A stretch of DNA of 64,000 nucleotides from a virus (Duplodnaviria; Caudoviricetes), in the IMG/VR virus record IMGVR_UViG_3300013121_000007, positions 32,001 to 96,000 of that record, one strand, 5' to 3'. Below are positions 1 through 10,127 of this stretch, piece after piece (the first letter of the stretch is position 1; the number at the start of each line of letters is the position of its first letter). Made by a program: the position numbers and the translations under genes. Below the pieces are notes generated by a model, which saw nothing but the letters and a program-made list of their open reading frames with translations, did no database searches and was not told where the DNA came from.

Positions 1-994
1 AGGCCTTGTCCGTGTAAGCGTACTGCTGCGCCGCAAACCCTGAGGGGGGTGCCCACACGCTTTCGTTGTTGTAGGAGTCGTAGACACGACACCAAGGCCA
101 GTACATCGCACCGTAAGACGAGTTGAGACTGGACGTCGGATACTTGCTCGACCCACCGAGAACACCGTTGTGCCAGTCAACGATTTCGGTTTCATCCAAC
201 CCGAACGGTGGATCAACCAGAGCGAAGCAATCCTGCCGAGACTCGCAGATGGCCAGAAGTTCTGCGATGACTGCACTGTCATCGACACCGGGAGCGCAGA
301 TTGTATTGACGTCAACCTGCCGTGGGTCCGAGAACAGCTTCAAGCCAGTCCGTGTACTTCCGACGATTGTACCGACATAGTCAGAAGCATTGACGCCTGT
401 GCCGTCAACACCTCCGGAGAAGTTGGTTGACCCAGCTTCAAGTGTTGTCTGACCAGCAGTCACGACAGCCGTCGCGTATGCCGACGATGCCATACGAGTT
501 TCGATGAAGTCATCGTCATCGGATGGATTCAGTTTCACACTGTCGAACGTCTCGACGAGGTAGCCGTTCCATCTCAAGCGAACCGTATAGGTTCCCGCAA
601 GGTTGCCTGCAGTGACTTCCGCAGACAAACCACTGGAGCCGTTGGCCCATGATCCGCTGCTGCTGGCTGTCAGTACGACGGCATCAGCAGAATCAGCAGA
701 GTTTCTCAACGTTGCTGTAGCCGTCGCTTCGTCATAACCGGCTACACGCACAACCCACAGCAGATTGCCCTGACGCAGATACTGTTGCGCTGCGATAAGC
801 CCCTTGTACTGCGCTCCGGGAAACCCGAAGGTGTTGATGAGTTGTTCTTCCGTGGAAACCAGCACCCGCTGGTTCACAGGACCTTTGGAGGCCGTCGTGA
901 CGATAGCGAATGAGGTAGATGTCAGTGCCGGAAGATACAGCGAGAAGTCCTGTTCTTGCGTGTAGACTCCGGGGAACGTGAATGCGCCTGGCAT
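1..994 (-). CDS. Tail sheath protein (T4 gp18-like), 3' partial
   Basis: Not in ORF track because it runs off the window. My translation from ATG 994: MPGAFTFPGVYTQEQDFS...KGPVNQRVLVSTEEQLINTFG, later AMYWPWCRVYD...WAPPSGF; classic sheath motifs. Confidence 0.92.
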   Translation of the reverse strand, partial: MPGAFTFPGVYTQEQDFSLYLPALTSTSFAIVTTASKGPVNQRVLVSTEEQLINTFGFPGAQYKGLIAAQQYLRQGNLLWVVRVAGYDEATATATLRNSADSADAVVLTASSSGSWANGSSGLSAEVTAGNLAGTYTVRLRWNGYLVETFDSVKLNPSDDDDFIETRMASSAYATAVVTAGQTTLEAGSTNFSGGVDGTGVNASDYVGTIVGSTRTGLKLFSDPRQVDVNTICAPGVDDSAVIAELLAICESRQDCFALVDPPFGLDETEIVDWHNGVLGGSSKYPTSSLNSSYGAMYWPWCRVYDSYNNESVWAPPSGFAAQQYAYTDKA

Positions 995-1057
995 GTTGAT
1001 TCTTTCAGTGGGTCGAAGGATCAAATCACCTTCAACGGAACGGATCAAGTCACCGTT

Positions 1058-1924
1058 CTACAGTGACAGACAAGGATTCCCGGTACTGAACCGCGAAGTC
1101 CTGTAGTCAGTTCCTGTATAGTCGTCATCGAACGACTGGTCTCCCTCTACAATCTCTCCTGTCTCTGGGTTGCCCTGCGCGACAGGATAATAACTTTCGA
1201 GTGTGCTGTCTTCGTAAGGATCGTCTGGACTGCACAAATTCTCAGGTGCCTCAACATTCACGTTGATTTTGTGCACCAGCTTTTGCTCAATGGGTGTTGG
1301 AGGCAGCCAACCTTCTACACGAAATGTGAGTGTCCATCGAAGGGACCTCTGAGACTCAACAGGCTCCAAATTTGTGTTGTCAGAGATTCCTTCCAGGAAA
1401 AATGGAACCCACTTCACCCCCATCGGAGTTCCGTGGTCAACCTGTCTGAAAGCCATACCCCCTTCTTCCCAGAGGGAGGCAAACTGGCCAATAGCCATTC
1501 GAGCTTCATACCGTGTCTTGGTCCATACCTCAACGCTGTATTGGAACGTGAAAGGAAGTGGGTGTGCGTGTGCTAAGGCAGACGTGTAGTCTGTTGTGTT
1601 CAGGGCTACTTTGCGGTAAAGAACCTTACGATAGAGATACCGTCTAGGGTCAAAGACAGTTTCCCCGATCTGCTGGATACTCAGGAACGGAAGTGGAATA
1701 CGAAAGTCTCTATCCTCAAGAATGTTCTTCTCGAACTTCTTTCGCATCACTGCCCAGGCGCGTTCTGGGGTAGCGAAGACAAGCGGAATTGGACGGTCTG
1801 TCGGCAACCCGGCAGCGTCAGTCAAACGCATGACATTGCAGAGGCGGGCTGCTGCCTTGTCATACGATTCGTAGTCCCACGCATATTGTCGGGGACTGTA
1901 TGTGACCGTCTCAAAATCAGCCAT
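1058..1924 (-). CDS. Tail sheath stabilizer/terminator (T4 gp15-like)
   Basis: IPLVFATPERAW, IPLPFLSI, PLPFTFQYSVEVWTK motifs; immediately upstream of sheath; start moved to ATG 1924. Confidence 0.75.
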   Translation of the reverse strand: MADFETVTYSPRQYAWDYESYDKAAARLCNVMRLTDAAGLPTDRPIPLVFATPERAWAVMRKKFEKNILEDRDFRIPLPFLSIQQIGETVFDPRRYLYRKVLYRKVALNTTDYTSALAHAHPLPFTFQYSVEVWTKTRYEARMAIGQFASLWEEGGMAFRQVDHGTPMGVKWVPFFLEGISDNTNLEPVESQRSLRWTLTFRVEGWLPPTPIEQKLVHKINVNVEAPENLCSPDDPYEDSTLESYYPVAQGNPETGEIVEGDQSFDDDYTGTDYRTSRFSTGNPCLSL

Positions 1925-2435
1925 TCTTGGATACCAGACTTCGCCGAAAGTCAACTAGGATTTCTGTTCTTAGCTGACTGGTAACTGTCGGCAGGTCCCG
2001 AATGAAGATTCCCCAAGTTGGCCGCCAGTGTGGTCGTGCATAGGGCTTCTTACCATCCCTACGCCCGAACTCCATGATTCTGGCTAACTCTCTGAATGGC
2101 AAACCTGAGTTGTGTTCCTCATCGGGTACTTCAACTCGAAACAAGAGTCCGAACTCTGTTTCTTCCTGTTCAGACACCTGTAAAGACTCAACGTACTCCT
2201 TGGTGCGAATCAGAATGCGAGGGTCAAAACCCTGCGCAACCTTTCGTCGCAGGTACTCAGGACTAAGCGGATACCAGTTGTACTTTTGACCAAGAATGGC
2301 GTCCCGCAGTTCGCGGGTCAGTTGTTCGCATCGAAGTTTCAAGACTCTCGATGCAGCAGACTTGGCACTCTCTTCAAAAATCCGCACAAAGTCTTGATGG
2401 TACTGATACTGTGTACGGACTTTACGAACAGGCAT
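1917..2435 (-). CDS. Virion morphogenesis/neck protein
   Basis: PLSPEYL, MEFG...RPHWRPT motifs; neck-module context. Confidence 0.6.
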   Translation of the reverse strand: MPVRKVRTQYQYHQDFVRIFEESAKSAASRVLKLRCEQLTRELRDAILGQKYNWYPLSPEYLRRKVAQGFDPRILIRTKEYVESLQVSEQEETEFGLLFRVEVPDEEHNSGLPFRELARIMEFGRRDGKKPYARPHWRPTWGIFIRDLPTVTSQLRTEILVDFRRSLVSKNG

Positions 2436-2538
2436 GTCTCCGTCCTTCTCTATACTGACGAACGCTGCACCTGAAAATTCTCAACGGCGCGCAGCGTACA
2501 AAACAGTCAGCGTCTGTAACACATTGACGTGTCTGGCA

Positions 2539-3180
2539 TTACGTCAAAGCATGTTCTGGGTTGAACGGATCAGCCCGCCAATCATCTGTCGAATCATCCA
2601 GAGATGGGTCTGCCGTGACGTTTGGACTCCATTTTGTGCAGGCAGCAACAAGAAACGTTGGGATTTCAGTGTTCCCGAAGAATTGATCCTCGTGGATCGT
2701 ACTGATTTCGTATAGGTGTCCCTGAAAGAAGATTCGATCGCCAATCACAACTTGAAACAGCAAGGGTCCCATATCCTTGGTATGTGGAACAGCGTCTTGC
2801 TCAGCACCATTGACAACCTCTTTGGCATTCAGTTGTACAACCAGTTCATGCTCTTCTAGAACCGGCAGCGCGAAGTAGGCGAGCAAGTCTCTCGGTTCAT
2901 CAATCCCAAAACGAGACAGTTCCTGTCTCTTCGGTTGCGCCTCAACATAGATTGGGATTTTGAAGTCAATCCACTCTCTGTTCAGCGGTATCACTTCCGA
3001 GTGGAGATCATCAATCAATGATGTAGACGGCGTCGACCTCTGCCTATACGTCAGAGTAGGGAAGCGTGTGATACCGTTTGGCATTATGTCAGTTGCGTAC
3101 TCATGCAACTGCATCATCATAGTTTCAAAGTCTGGAGAGAACTGCGAAAAGGATAGCGCAGTTACGAATGGAGTAGACAT
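2539..3180 (-). CDS. Neck/head-closure protein (gp14-like)
   Basis: LSRFGID and GDRIFFQG-LYEI motifs; position. Confidence 0.6.
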   Translation of the reverse strand: MSTPFVTALSFSQFSPDFETMMMQLHEYATDIMPNGITRFPTLTYRQRSTPSTSLIDDLHSEVIPLNREWIDFKIPIYVEAQPKRQELSRFGIDEPRDLLAYFALPVLEEHELVVQLNAKEVVNGAEQDAVPHTKDMGPLLFQVVIGDRIFFQGHLYEISTIHEDQFFGNTEIPTFLVAACTKWSPNVTADPSLDDSTDDWRADPFNPEHALT

Positions 3181-3191
3181 ACGACTGAATC

Positions 3192-3974
3192 CTAACCGAA
3201 TTCAGGTAATGCAAAGAGAGGCAATTTTTGCAGTCTTTCCTCAACCTCTTGAACCAGCGCTTCGCCTCGCTGCCTCTGCGTATCAGCATCAGTTTGCGTA
3301 CCGCCGGTAGGTCCCGGAATCTGACTGCCAAACTTTCCACGAATCTCTGCAAGAATCTGTCGCGCATACCCCTCAGCGACCTTCAGAAAGTCATGGATGT
3401 AATTGCTAGGGAGTGAAGCCAATGTATGTGGGTAAGACTTCCAGTACGTCACTTCATACCCACCTCCCGGCATACTCAATACCAGTTTCTTCTGGTTGCC
3501 ATCCCACAGCCAATCTGGGTCTGTACCAGTAAGTCGTTGAATAGCTTCGCTCTGGTTACGGTAAAATGCGATATCTCCGTAACCTACTCTTCCTGCCGCA
3601 TCCATCTTTCCGTAACCGCTACCGTAGCCTCCGCCGTAATTGAATCCGCCCCCTTGAATTCTTGCTGTCAAAGAGAAGACGTCTTCACCACTGACTACAG
3701 AATCAGATGGTCGAAGGAACTCTACCCTGGCCACGCAAAGAAGCTCATCATCACTAGACAAGTCGATCGACTTATTCTCATCAGCCGATTCATCCAGATG
3801 AACAGCTTCTAATCGGAAGATGTACTTGTTGAACAAGTCTAGCGCTGTTTGGATGGCCTCAGATAGATGGTCATACTCACCAGAGGCAGACTGCTCTGAA
3901 AATTCAAGAACCCTACGTCCAGCGCCTAGGCGAGACTTGATTCGAGATTTCAGGTCTAGTTCAGTCTGAATCAT
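3192..3974 (-). CDS. Neck/head-tail adaptor protein (gp13-like)
   Basis: IKSRLGA at N-terminus; ILAEIRGKFG-IPGPTGG at C-terminus. Confidence 0.72.
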   Translation of the reverse strand: MIQTELDLKSRIKSRLGAGRRVLEFSEQSASGEYDHLSEAIQTALDLFNKYIFRLEAVHLDESADENKSIDLSSDDELLCVARVEFLRPSDSVVSGEDVFSLTARIQGGGFNYGGGYGSGYGKMDAAGRVGYGDIAFYRNQSEAIQRLTGTDPDWLWDGNQKKLVLSMPGGGYEVTYWKSYPHTLASLPSNYIHDFLKVAEGYARQILAEIRGKFGSQIPGPTGGTQTDADTQRQRGEALVQEVEERLQKLPLFALPEFG

Positions 3975-4054
3975 GACAAGAATTTCACGGCCGTAAGAGG
4001 TAAACAATCAGGAGTGTACCGATGCCCAATATGCGTACATCAACACGGCCGGTG

Positions 4055-4810
4055 TCAGATAAGAGTCGCTTCCAGTCTCGTTACATGAGTCTTCATTGCT
4101 GTGAGATGCTCAGTTGTCCAACCAAGCTGTAACCGACTGACGTAGGTCTCTCTGCCATTGAGAAGAATCTTGAGGTACTTCTCGTTCACCTCAAGAATAT
4201 GTTGATCGTCCAGATTGAAATGCTTCATCAGTTCTTCAACAGAGATAACACCAGTTGTGACACTGCCGTTGACCTGCGGTGGTGGAGGCAACTCATCGTC
4301 GTAGGTGTTGGCGGACTCGCTGGCCTCTGCAACCATCGAAGGGTCAATTACCGCTTCGAGAGGTTCTTCGGCGGACTTCAGTGAGTCATCTGGAAGAGGC
4401 TGAGCAGACTGCTTGTCCATTGAGTTGTTGATATCGTCAACAGTCAGATGAGAAGACGATGACTCAGCGGGAAACTGACAAGCTGCTTCACAAGAGGTTG
4501 TACACCCGGATGTTATCGGGGCCGCAGGAGTCCGTTTTGCCTTCGATCGAGACAAGACGGGTGGAGCCTGAATACTTGTACCCTCAGGAAGTTTGTCGAC
4601 TCCGTAGGGTGTGCCGTCTGGATACTCCATCGTTAGTGGCTTGCGTCCACCTGGATTCTGTTCGTTGGCCAGTCTTGAGAATCGACTGTAGTACGGGTCA
4701 GAAGTCCATTCATCCGGAGCAAGCGCCATCCTCGCCCCGCGAGGTGTGGGGAAGTGCTGAACCACACCTGTTCTGTTGACGAAACGAATGGGCGTGTTTT
4801 CTGATGCCAT
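4055..4810 (-). CDS. Hypothetical protein with CxxxCxxxC motif
   Basis: 251-aa ORF between capsid and neck genes; GCTTSCEAACQ. Confidence 0.7.
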   Translation of the reverse strand: MASENTPIRFVNRTGVVQHFPTPRGARMALAPDEWTSDPYYSRFSRLANEQNPGGRKPLTMEYPDGTPYGVDKLPEGTSIQAPPVLSRSKAKRTPAAPITSGCTTSCEAACQFPAESSSSHLTVDDINNSMDKQSAQPLPDDSLKSAEEPLEAVIDPSMVAEASESANTYDDELPPPPQVNGSVTTGVISVEELMKHFNLDDQHILEVNEKYLKILLNGRETYVSRLQLGWTTEHLTAMKTHVTRLEATLI

Positions 4811-4885
4811 AACTTAGTCCACTAGGCCCATGTAACTGTCTCGTGTGGCCGAATAGTAGCACCGAGGTCAACTTGATTGCAACGC

Positions 4886-4920
4886 AAAACGGACGGCAGG
4901 GCCTACCTGCCGTCCGTTTT
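4886..4920. terminator. Intrinsic terminator downstream of the major capsid gene
   Basis: AAAACGGACGGCAGG-gccta-CCTGCCGTCCGTTTT, 15-bp inverted repeat with T runs. Confidence 0.85.
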
Positions 4921-4945
4921 TGGTTTCTATCTACACGGACACAAC

Positions 4946-6415
4946 TCAGGCCGTCTGAGACGAGTCGAAGATGTAGCCGCGGGCGTAGAAGTTCTCGTTG
5001 ACAACCTTCTGCGCGGTGCGGGACATCATACCCTTGCGGGTGATGAAGTCATCCAGTGTGATTGATGGCGTCGAGACAAGACCCTGGTAGACGGCATGAA
5101 CGTAGCCGGTTTCCAGGAAGTTGCCGCCCTTGTGACCCATCAAGAACTCGTTGGACTGATACGACGGGTCCTTGAACACGTCCCAGTCTCCGAGCCGACC
5201 AATCTTGCGGATGCCAGAGACAGCCGAAGACTGTGGTGTCTTGACGAAGTGTGGAGCCAACGTCTCGATGATGTTGGCGACTTCGACCGATACCACCAGC
5301 CACGTCCCTTCGATACGCTGCGTCCGCTTGAAGATCGTGTTCGACAACTCGACGAAGGTGTCCACGAGGATTTCCTTGTGGTCCTTGTACGACACGCCTG
5401 TCGGAGGATTGACGTCGAACGAGACAGGGGACGAAGAGTTGAAGGCGATCGCACGCAGGTGTTGAATGATCTTCTGATTGATCTCCTGCGCGATGCGGTT
5501 CGACATGAGCGTGACGAATTCCGTCTCCGCGACCATGCCGTGAGTCGCCAACAAGTCTTGTTCCGCCTCCATTGACCACCGTGCCCGGAACTTATTCGGG
5601 CGAGCGACGACCGGTGCGGAAACCAACTGAATCTCGATCTCAGGGATCAAGTCGTTCGCTTCCATCTGGTACTCATAGGACGACGTAACAGCGGCTCCGT
5701 TATCCGGATTCGCCGCGAACGTAACGTCATAAGCACCAGTCGCGTAGTTGATGGTGTTGGTTCCACCACCGTTGATGCTTCCAATCAGGTTGCCAGCACC
5801 ATCGTCCGTTGCAACCTGCGAGCCGTCAGTGATACTCACCGTTCCTGGACGGACTGGGAAGTACGACAGAGTACCCGTGAAGTGCGCAACCGCACCCGTA
5901 CCAGTACCTGTACTCTCGTTTTCGACGACCTCATCGGTAAAGTGGTACGACTGTTCCGGTCCGAGCTTCGCATCAAAGAGCTTGTCGCCCTTCTGGACCG
6001 AACCCTTGGTACGACCGGCAATGGCGTCGTAGTAGAAGATCAGTCCTGATGGACCGGGCAGCGGCTGAACAGAAACAAGCTCAGCGGCGACGAGATTCGA
6101 GTACACCATCCGGATGATGGGGAACACGTACTTCTCGTAATTGCCGACAGCCAACGTGCGAGTCGTCTCGTCGAGACGGCTGAACGCCCTGTAAGTCTGT
6201 TCCAGCAGATGCCCAACGAGAGACCGACGGTACGGGTTCTCGATGCCTTGAATGAAGTTGACGTTCTCGTGTTTCTCCCAGCCACGGATTCGCTTGCCGG
6301 GGAACTTCGACCAACGTTCAGCCAGTTGCATACCCTGTTCATGCAGGATGCCATACTCTTCCTGCATGAGTTCCGGGTCGGCAGACATTGCGCGGGGCGA
6401 GAATGCGCCTTGCAT
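4946..6415 (-). CDS. Major capsid protein (T4 gp23-like, HK97 fold)
   Basis: LVAAELVSVQPLPGPSGLIFY, KFRARWSMEAEQDLLATHG, IAQEIN, RKGMMSRTAQKVVN motifs; strong codon bias. Confidence 0.95.
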   Translation of the reverse strand: MQGAFSPRAMSADPELMQEEYGILHEQGMQLAERWSKFPGKRIRGWEKHENVNFIQGIENPYRRSLVGHLLEQTYRAFSRLDETTRTLAVGNYEKYVFPIIRMVYSNLVAAELVSVQPLPGPSGLIFYYDAIAGRTKGSVQKGDKLFDAKLGPEQSYHFTDEVVENESTGTGTGAVAHFTGTLSYFPVRPGTVSITDGSQVATDDGAGNLIGSINGGGTNTINYATGAYDVTFAANPDNGAAVTSSYEYQMEANDLIPEIEIQLVSAPVVARPNKFRARWSMEAEQDLLATHGMVAETEFVTLMSNRIAQEINQKIIQHLRAIAFNSSSPVSFDVNPPTGVSYKDHKEILVDTFVELSNTIFKRTQRIEGTWLVVSVEVANIIETLAPHFVKTPQSSAVSGIRKIGRLGDWDVFKDPSYQSNEFLMGHKGGNFLETGYVHAVYQGLVSTPSITLDDFITRKGMMSRTAQKVVNENFYARGYIFDSSQTA

Positions 6416-6483
6416 GTTAGTATCTCCAGATTGGTCAGTCTTTCGCGGGCAGTTATCGTCCGATGTTGATGTTTGACCGACTG

Positions 6484-8241
6484 TTAGCCATACATCTGCT
6501 GACGACCTTGTTCAGAGGCCGTCAACATCTCCATCAGACCATTCTGACCACTGGAAGGCTGCCGTCGATTATCCGGGCTGGTCCCCACCTTCGTTTCAGA
6601 CAGACGTCTGCTGGAGTAGGTGGGGGGCAGGTCGGTACGCGACCCTTCATACAGCGGTTTGATTGTTGTTTCGATGAGCTTCTTGAGTTCGACTTCGTTC
6701 TTGCACTCGCGAAGTCGTTTCTCGATAGGCTTCAATCTTGGATTCTTCTGGATGAGCGACTCGACGACAGACTGCACTCGCTCTCCCCTGTACTGGACAA
6801 CAGTAGCTTCGAGCAGAGTTCGTGTCGCCTCATTCAGAGCCTTCGACTCCTTCAGTTCAGTCTGCGTCTTCTTCAGACGTGATTCCAACGTCTGACGATC
6901 AGAGTTGGCGCGGCTGAGGACGGCCTCACCAAGCTCAATGGCCTTTCTGTACTTCGCGTTCGGAACATGATCGGTGGTGAGGTCTTCAAGCTGCAAGATG
7001 CGAGCAGCCATCGCCTCGAACACCTGTGGCAGAGTCCAGTTCTTCATCGTGGTGACGCCCAGAGACTTCATCAGCCTCTCAGCTTTCTGGTCGTCATTAC
7101 TGTCAGCGGTGCTACCAGCGTCATCAGACGCAGGAGCATCATCCTTGTTGTCCTTGTCATCGGCTGGAGGCTGTGGCGGATCGTCATCCTCTTCCGCAAG
7201 ACGGGTGATTTCACGCCGAAGGGTATTGAGACGCTCAGACAGCTTTGCACGAAGACTGATGACTTCCGTAACATACTCGTCAGTAAACTGACCACTCAGA
7301 CCAGTCGCTGCTTCGATCAGACAATTCTGCTGTTCGAGCAGTCCAGACAAAGTATGCCTGTCGCCGAGAAGGTATTTCGTCGACTCCTGCAATGCTTGCT
7401 GCGAAACAGCAATTGCGCGGGCGGATTCGATGCTACTCTGTGCCATGAGTGAAACTCCACTGGGTTCTGAAATCCTAACGATTGAGGGAGTGTGAATCAC
7501 TCTCTCCGACACTGACTTACCTGTACCGGAGGTATCAGACTCTCCGATTTTGGACGGACGTGCCGTGGCTACTGAAGGTTGTGCAACAAAGTCCCATGTG
7601 TCAAGAACGAAGTCGCTTGCCTCTACGACGTCTACGCCATCAATAGACTTTGTAGACCCAGCCCCACGAGAGCTAACACCAGGAACTGCCCCAGCCCTAT
7701 ACAACTCTTCCACGATTTGCCCATTTGGTGTCCGAAAGATCAAATGCTGAGCGTAGATAACACCGCTGTCTCGCCACACCTTCTCAACAAGATGGCTGAC
7801 ACGAGGCAGTTTGGTGTTACCTTCAGATGGATGCTCAAGCTCACCGAGTGTTTGCCGGTTACGGACACGTTCCATGAAGTCGCTGGACTCATCCAACACG
7901 CTGTCCCACAAAGCTGTTGGATAGACTCTGCCGTTTCCGTTTCTCAGATTCTCAACTTGCGCAGGACCTGACACACGAAGACGTTCATGCTTGTGCGCTT
8001 CTTTGAGTTCGAGGACAAACGAGTCCTTGAAGGCAGCCAGAGATCGCTTGACTTGTTCTTCTGTAAGAGTCTCCGAATTCAGGAGAGACTCAGTCAACTC
8101 AGCATACCGTCTTTCAGTATTGGCGACGTAAGACTCGATCAAGTCGGCTCCAAATTGCTTTGGAGTCACAACTTCAACCTTCCACTGACTAGGAGACGTC
8201 ATCAGCGGCGCGGCGTGCTCGCAAAGAAGGATTCGACTCAT
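6484..8241 (-). CDS. Prohead protease (gp21-like) fused to a coiled-coil scaffold-like C-terminus
   Basis: NGNGRVYP, GELEHP, VSH, GVSSRGAGS, WDFVAQPS motifs, then helical region; ATGA overlap at 8241. Confidence 0.9.
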   Translation of the reverse strand: MSRILLCEHAAPLMTSPSQWKVEVVTPKQFGADLIESYVANTERRYAELTESLLNSETLTEEQVKRSLAAFKDSFVLELKEAHKHERLRVSGPAQVENLRNGNGRVYPTALWDSVLDESSDFMERVRNRQTLGELEHPSEGNTKLPRVSHLVEKVWRDSGVIYAQHLIFRTPNGQIVEELYRAGAVPGVSSRGAGSTKSIDGVDVVEASDFVLDTWDFVAQPSVATARPSKIGESDTSGTGKSVSERVIHTPSIVRISEPSGVSLMAQSSIESARAIAVSQQALQESTKYLLGDRHTLSGLLEQQNCLIEAATGLSGQFTDEYVTEVISLRAKLSERLNTLRREITRLAEEDDDPPQPPADDKDNKDDAPASDDAGSTADSNDDQKAERLMKSLGVTTMKNWTLPQVFEAMAARILQLEDLTTDHVPNAKYRKAIELGEAVLSRANSDRQTLESRLKKTQTELKESKALNEATRTLLEATVVQYRGERVQSVVESLIQKNPRLKPIEKRLRECKNEVELKKLIETTIKPLYEGSRTDLPPTYSSRRLSETKVGTSPDNRRQPSSGQNGLMEMLTASEQGRQQMYG

Positions 8242-8600
8242 TTTACACGCCCAGGTTCGATGATCCACGAAATGTCTTCTAGAGGTCTAGGCCCTGTGAC
8301 ATCTGGATAAGTAGGGGCCTCCAGTGTTTCAATCTTGTAGTCCTGCAGATGGTTGTGAAATCTAATCGCATAGAAGTTCCACAACCAGTCAAGTGCCTTT
8401 TCTCTCCTAAGTTCCGGATACCCTTGTTGAAGTAGGTACAGCTTTGTCTGCTCTAGAGTGCATTCAAAGCTGTCGCCAGTAGGAAGACTAATCTCTATGT
8501 CCTCAGAGCCTACTTCTTTGCGTAGTTCGATGTACGGGAAATTACGATTGATTGGTGGAAGCTGCACGTCAATCAGCCAACTTCTGCAGGGACCCGCCAA
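8238..8600 (-). CDS. Hypothetical protein
   Basis: Tightly packed in the head operon; start uncertain. Confidence 0.6.
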   Translation of the reverse strand: MAGPCRSWLIDVQLPPINRNFPYIELRKEVGSEDIEISLPTGDSFECTLEQTKLYLLQQGYPELRREKALDWLWNFYAIRFHNHLQDYKIETLEAPTYPDVTGPRPLEDISWIIEPGRVK

Positions 8601-9345
8601 ACACGACTTGATGGATGGCCTCCTCTGTCGAGCGCGGGAAAAGACTCTTCAGCTTGCGAACAACCTCTGTACGAGCTTGCTCACTGAACCCCAAACCTGA
8701 CAACGGTTGTGGGATCATCGGAAATGCACCCGTAATCGTAGTCTCCAGCAAGTTCGCCGAGGCTGTAACGGATTCACCTCTACTCTTTGCAGTTGCTTTC
8801 CTGAGCGCTCTTCTTTGACGGGCTGCCGCATTCTTGGACTTACGATCAGCCTCTTGGTCTCTTGGCTTACCTGTTCTTCGAGAGACAGGAGCAGCCTTTT
8901 TCCGAAGACGGTCTCGCCTGGCGCGAAGAGTCTTCAGGTCTGCCTTACTCATGTGCTTCAGATTGACTTTCTTCAGCTTCCTTCCAGTATCTGGATTCTT
9001 GATAGTCTTGCCCTTGCCCTTGCCACGCATCTTGGCAAGAACCTTTGGGTTTCCAGCGACAGGCTTCCCCTTACCTGGTGTGCCCTCGAAGCCAACTCTG
9101 TGCCCTGAATCCATTGTCCGCCAATAGTCAGGCTTAGGGGCTTCAAGCAAGATGTTGACAGCCTCTTCCAGTTGCTGCGACTCGTCAAGACCGATCATTT
9201 TCTTGTAGACTCCCATGATGTAGTCATACTCATTGTTGTGGCCTTGATCTTCAGCCGCAGCCTTCGCCATCTCCCATCTCTTCTCAGCTTCTGCTGTTGA
9301 CAGACCAACCCTCTTAGCAAGCGAGTAGACAGCAGAAGCCGGCAT
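8569..9345 (-). CDS. Basic multi-module protein, putative prohead core/internal protein
   Basis: K/R-rich middle; several L-x-E sites (LDES, LEEA, LLEA, LLET). Confidence 0.65.
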   Translation of the reverse strand: MPASAVYSLAKRVGLSTAEAEKRWEMAKAAAEDQGHNNEYDYIMGVYKKMIGLDESQQLEEAVNILLEAPKPDYWRTMDSGHRVGFEGTPGKGKPVAGNPKVLAKMRGKGKGKTIKNPDTGRKLKKVNLKHMSKADLKTLRARRDRLRKKAAPVSRRTGKPRDQEADRKSKNAAARQRRALRKATAKSRGESVTASANLLETTITGAFPMIPQPLSGLGFSEQARTEVVRKLKSLFPRSTEEAIHQVVFGGSLQKLAD

Positions 9346-9367
9346 AAAAACTCACCATGTAGTATAA

Positions 9368-9396
9368 CTGCCGGGGTCCGGTGAGGACCCCGACAG
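9368..9396. terminator. Intergenic hairpin, possible terminator
   Basis: CTGCCGGGGTCC-ggtga-GGACCCCGACAG. Confidence 0.5.
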
Positions 9397-9424
9397 CAAC
9401 CGAGGCAACGGTTTAGGCCTGCAC

Positions 9425-9784
9425 CTACCGTTTCAGGTTGTCCGACTGGTCGAAGATTTCGATCCGACCTTCCGAGGTTCCGGATGCTGTTTTGACAGCC
9501 AGACGCCAGTGCTCTTCTGTTCCACGAATCGCGCCGGAGAGAATAGCGTTACCCTTTGCCTTGACAGTGACAGACGCACGATTCGTCCAGTCCAATCCGT
9601 AACCGGCATCAGCAGACGAGCCGTCCAGAGTGATAGTGACGTCGTTGTCACCATCGTTATTCACGAAGGCCTTGAAAACACGAACGCCAGTACCGTAGTT
9701 ACCGGACGGCGCGGAGACACGACCGCTCAACACCACCTTGTGTTGGGTTGTCGCTCCGAAGTACACAGATTCAGTCAGCAGCAT
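9425..9784 (-). CDS. Hypothetical beta-rich protein, possible capsid decoration
   Basis: 119 aa, capsid-like codon bias, begins MLLTES. Confidence 0.65.
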   Translation of the reverse strand: MLLTESVYFGATTQHKVVLSGRVSAPSGNYGTGVRVFKAFVNNDGDNDVTITLDGSSADAGYGLDWTNRASVTVKAKGNAILSGAIRGTEEHWRLAVKTASGTSEGRIEIFDQSDNLKR

Positions 9785-10127
9785 GAGTGTCTCCCAACTT
9801 CAAGGTGTCGAGGGCTGTCTGCACAGGTAGGTTTCTATGAACCATCTCTTGTACAAGACGTTGTACCAGTAGTGCCTCTTTTCTTGCTTCCAGGACGCTT
9901 AGGACTTGACCGGCCAAGTCGGCCGGGGTCACGTCGGCCCGCTCCGTGACCACCGACCTTGATTTGGCCTGCTTGCCTTGAGCGTTGCCCAAGACGTTCA
10001 GCAGTAAACGTGCCGTTTTGTCCCCGACAGAGGCCTGTTCAGTCAAAAGAGTCTTAGCCTTATCGAGTCCATCCTTATAGACGACTCTCAGTAGGCCATT
10101 AGCTCTTTCGTGCGGAATCAGTTTCAT
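9771..10127 (-). CDS. Hypothetical protein
   Basis: Overlapping operon packing; LTE, VTE, VLE sites. Confidence 0.65.
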   Translation of the reverse strand: MKLIPHERANGLLRVVYKDGLDKAKTLLTEQASVGDKTARLLLNVLGNAQGKQAKSRSVVTERADVTPADLAGQVLSVLEARKEALLVQRLVQEMVHRNLPVQTALDTLKLGDTHAAD

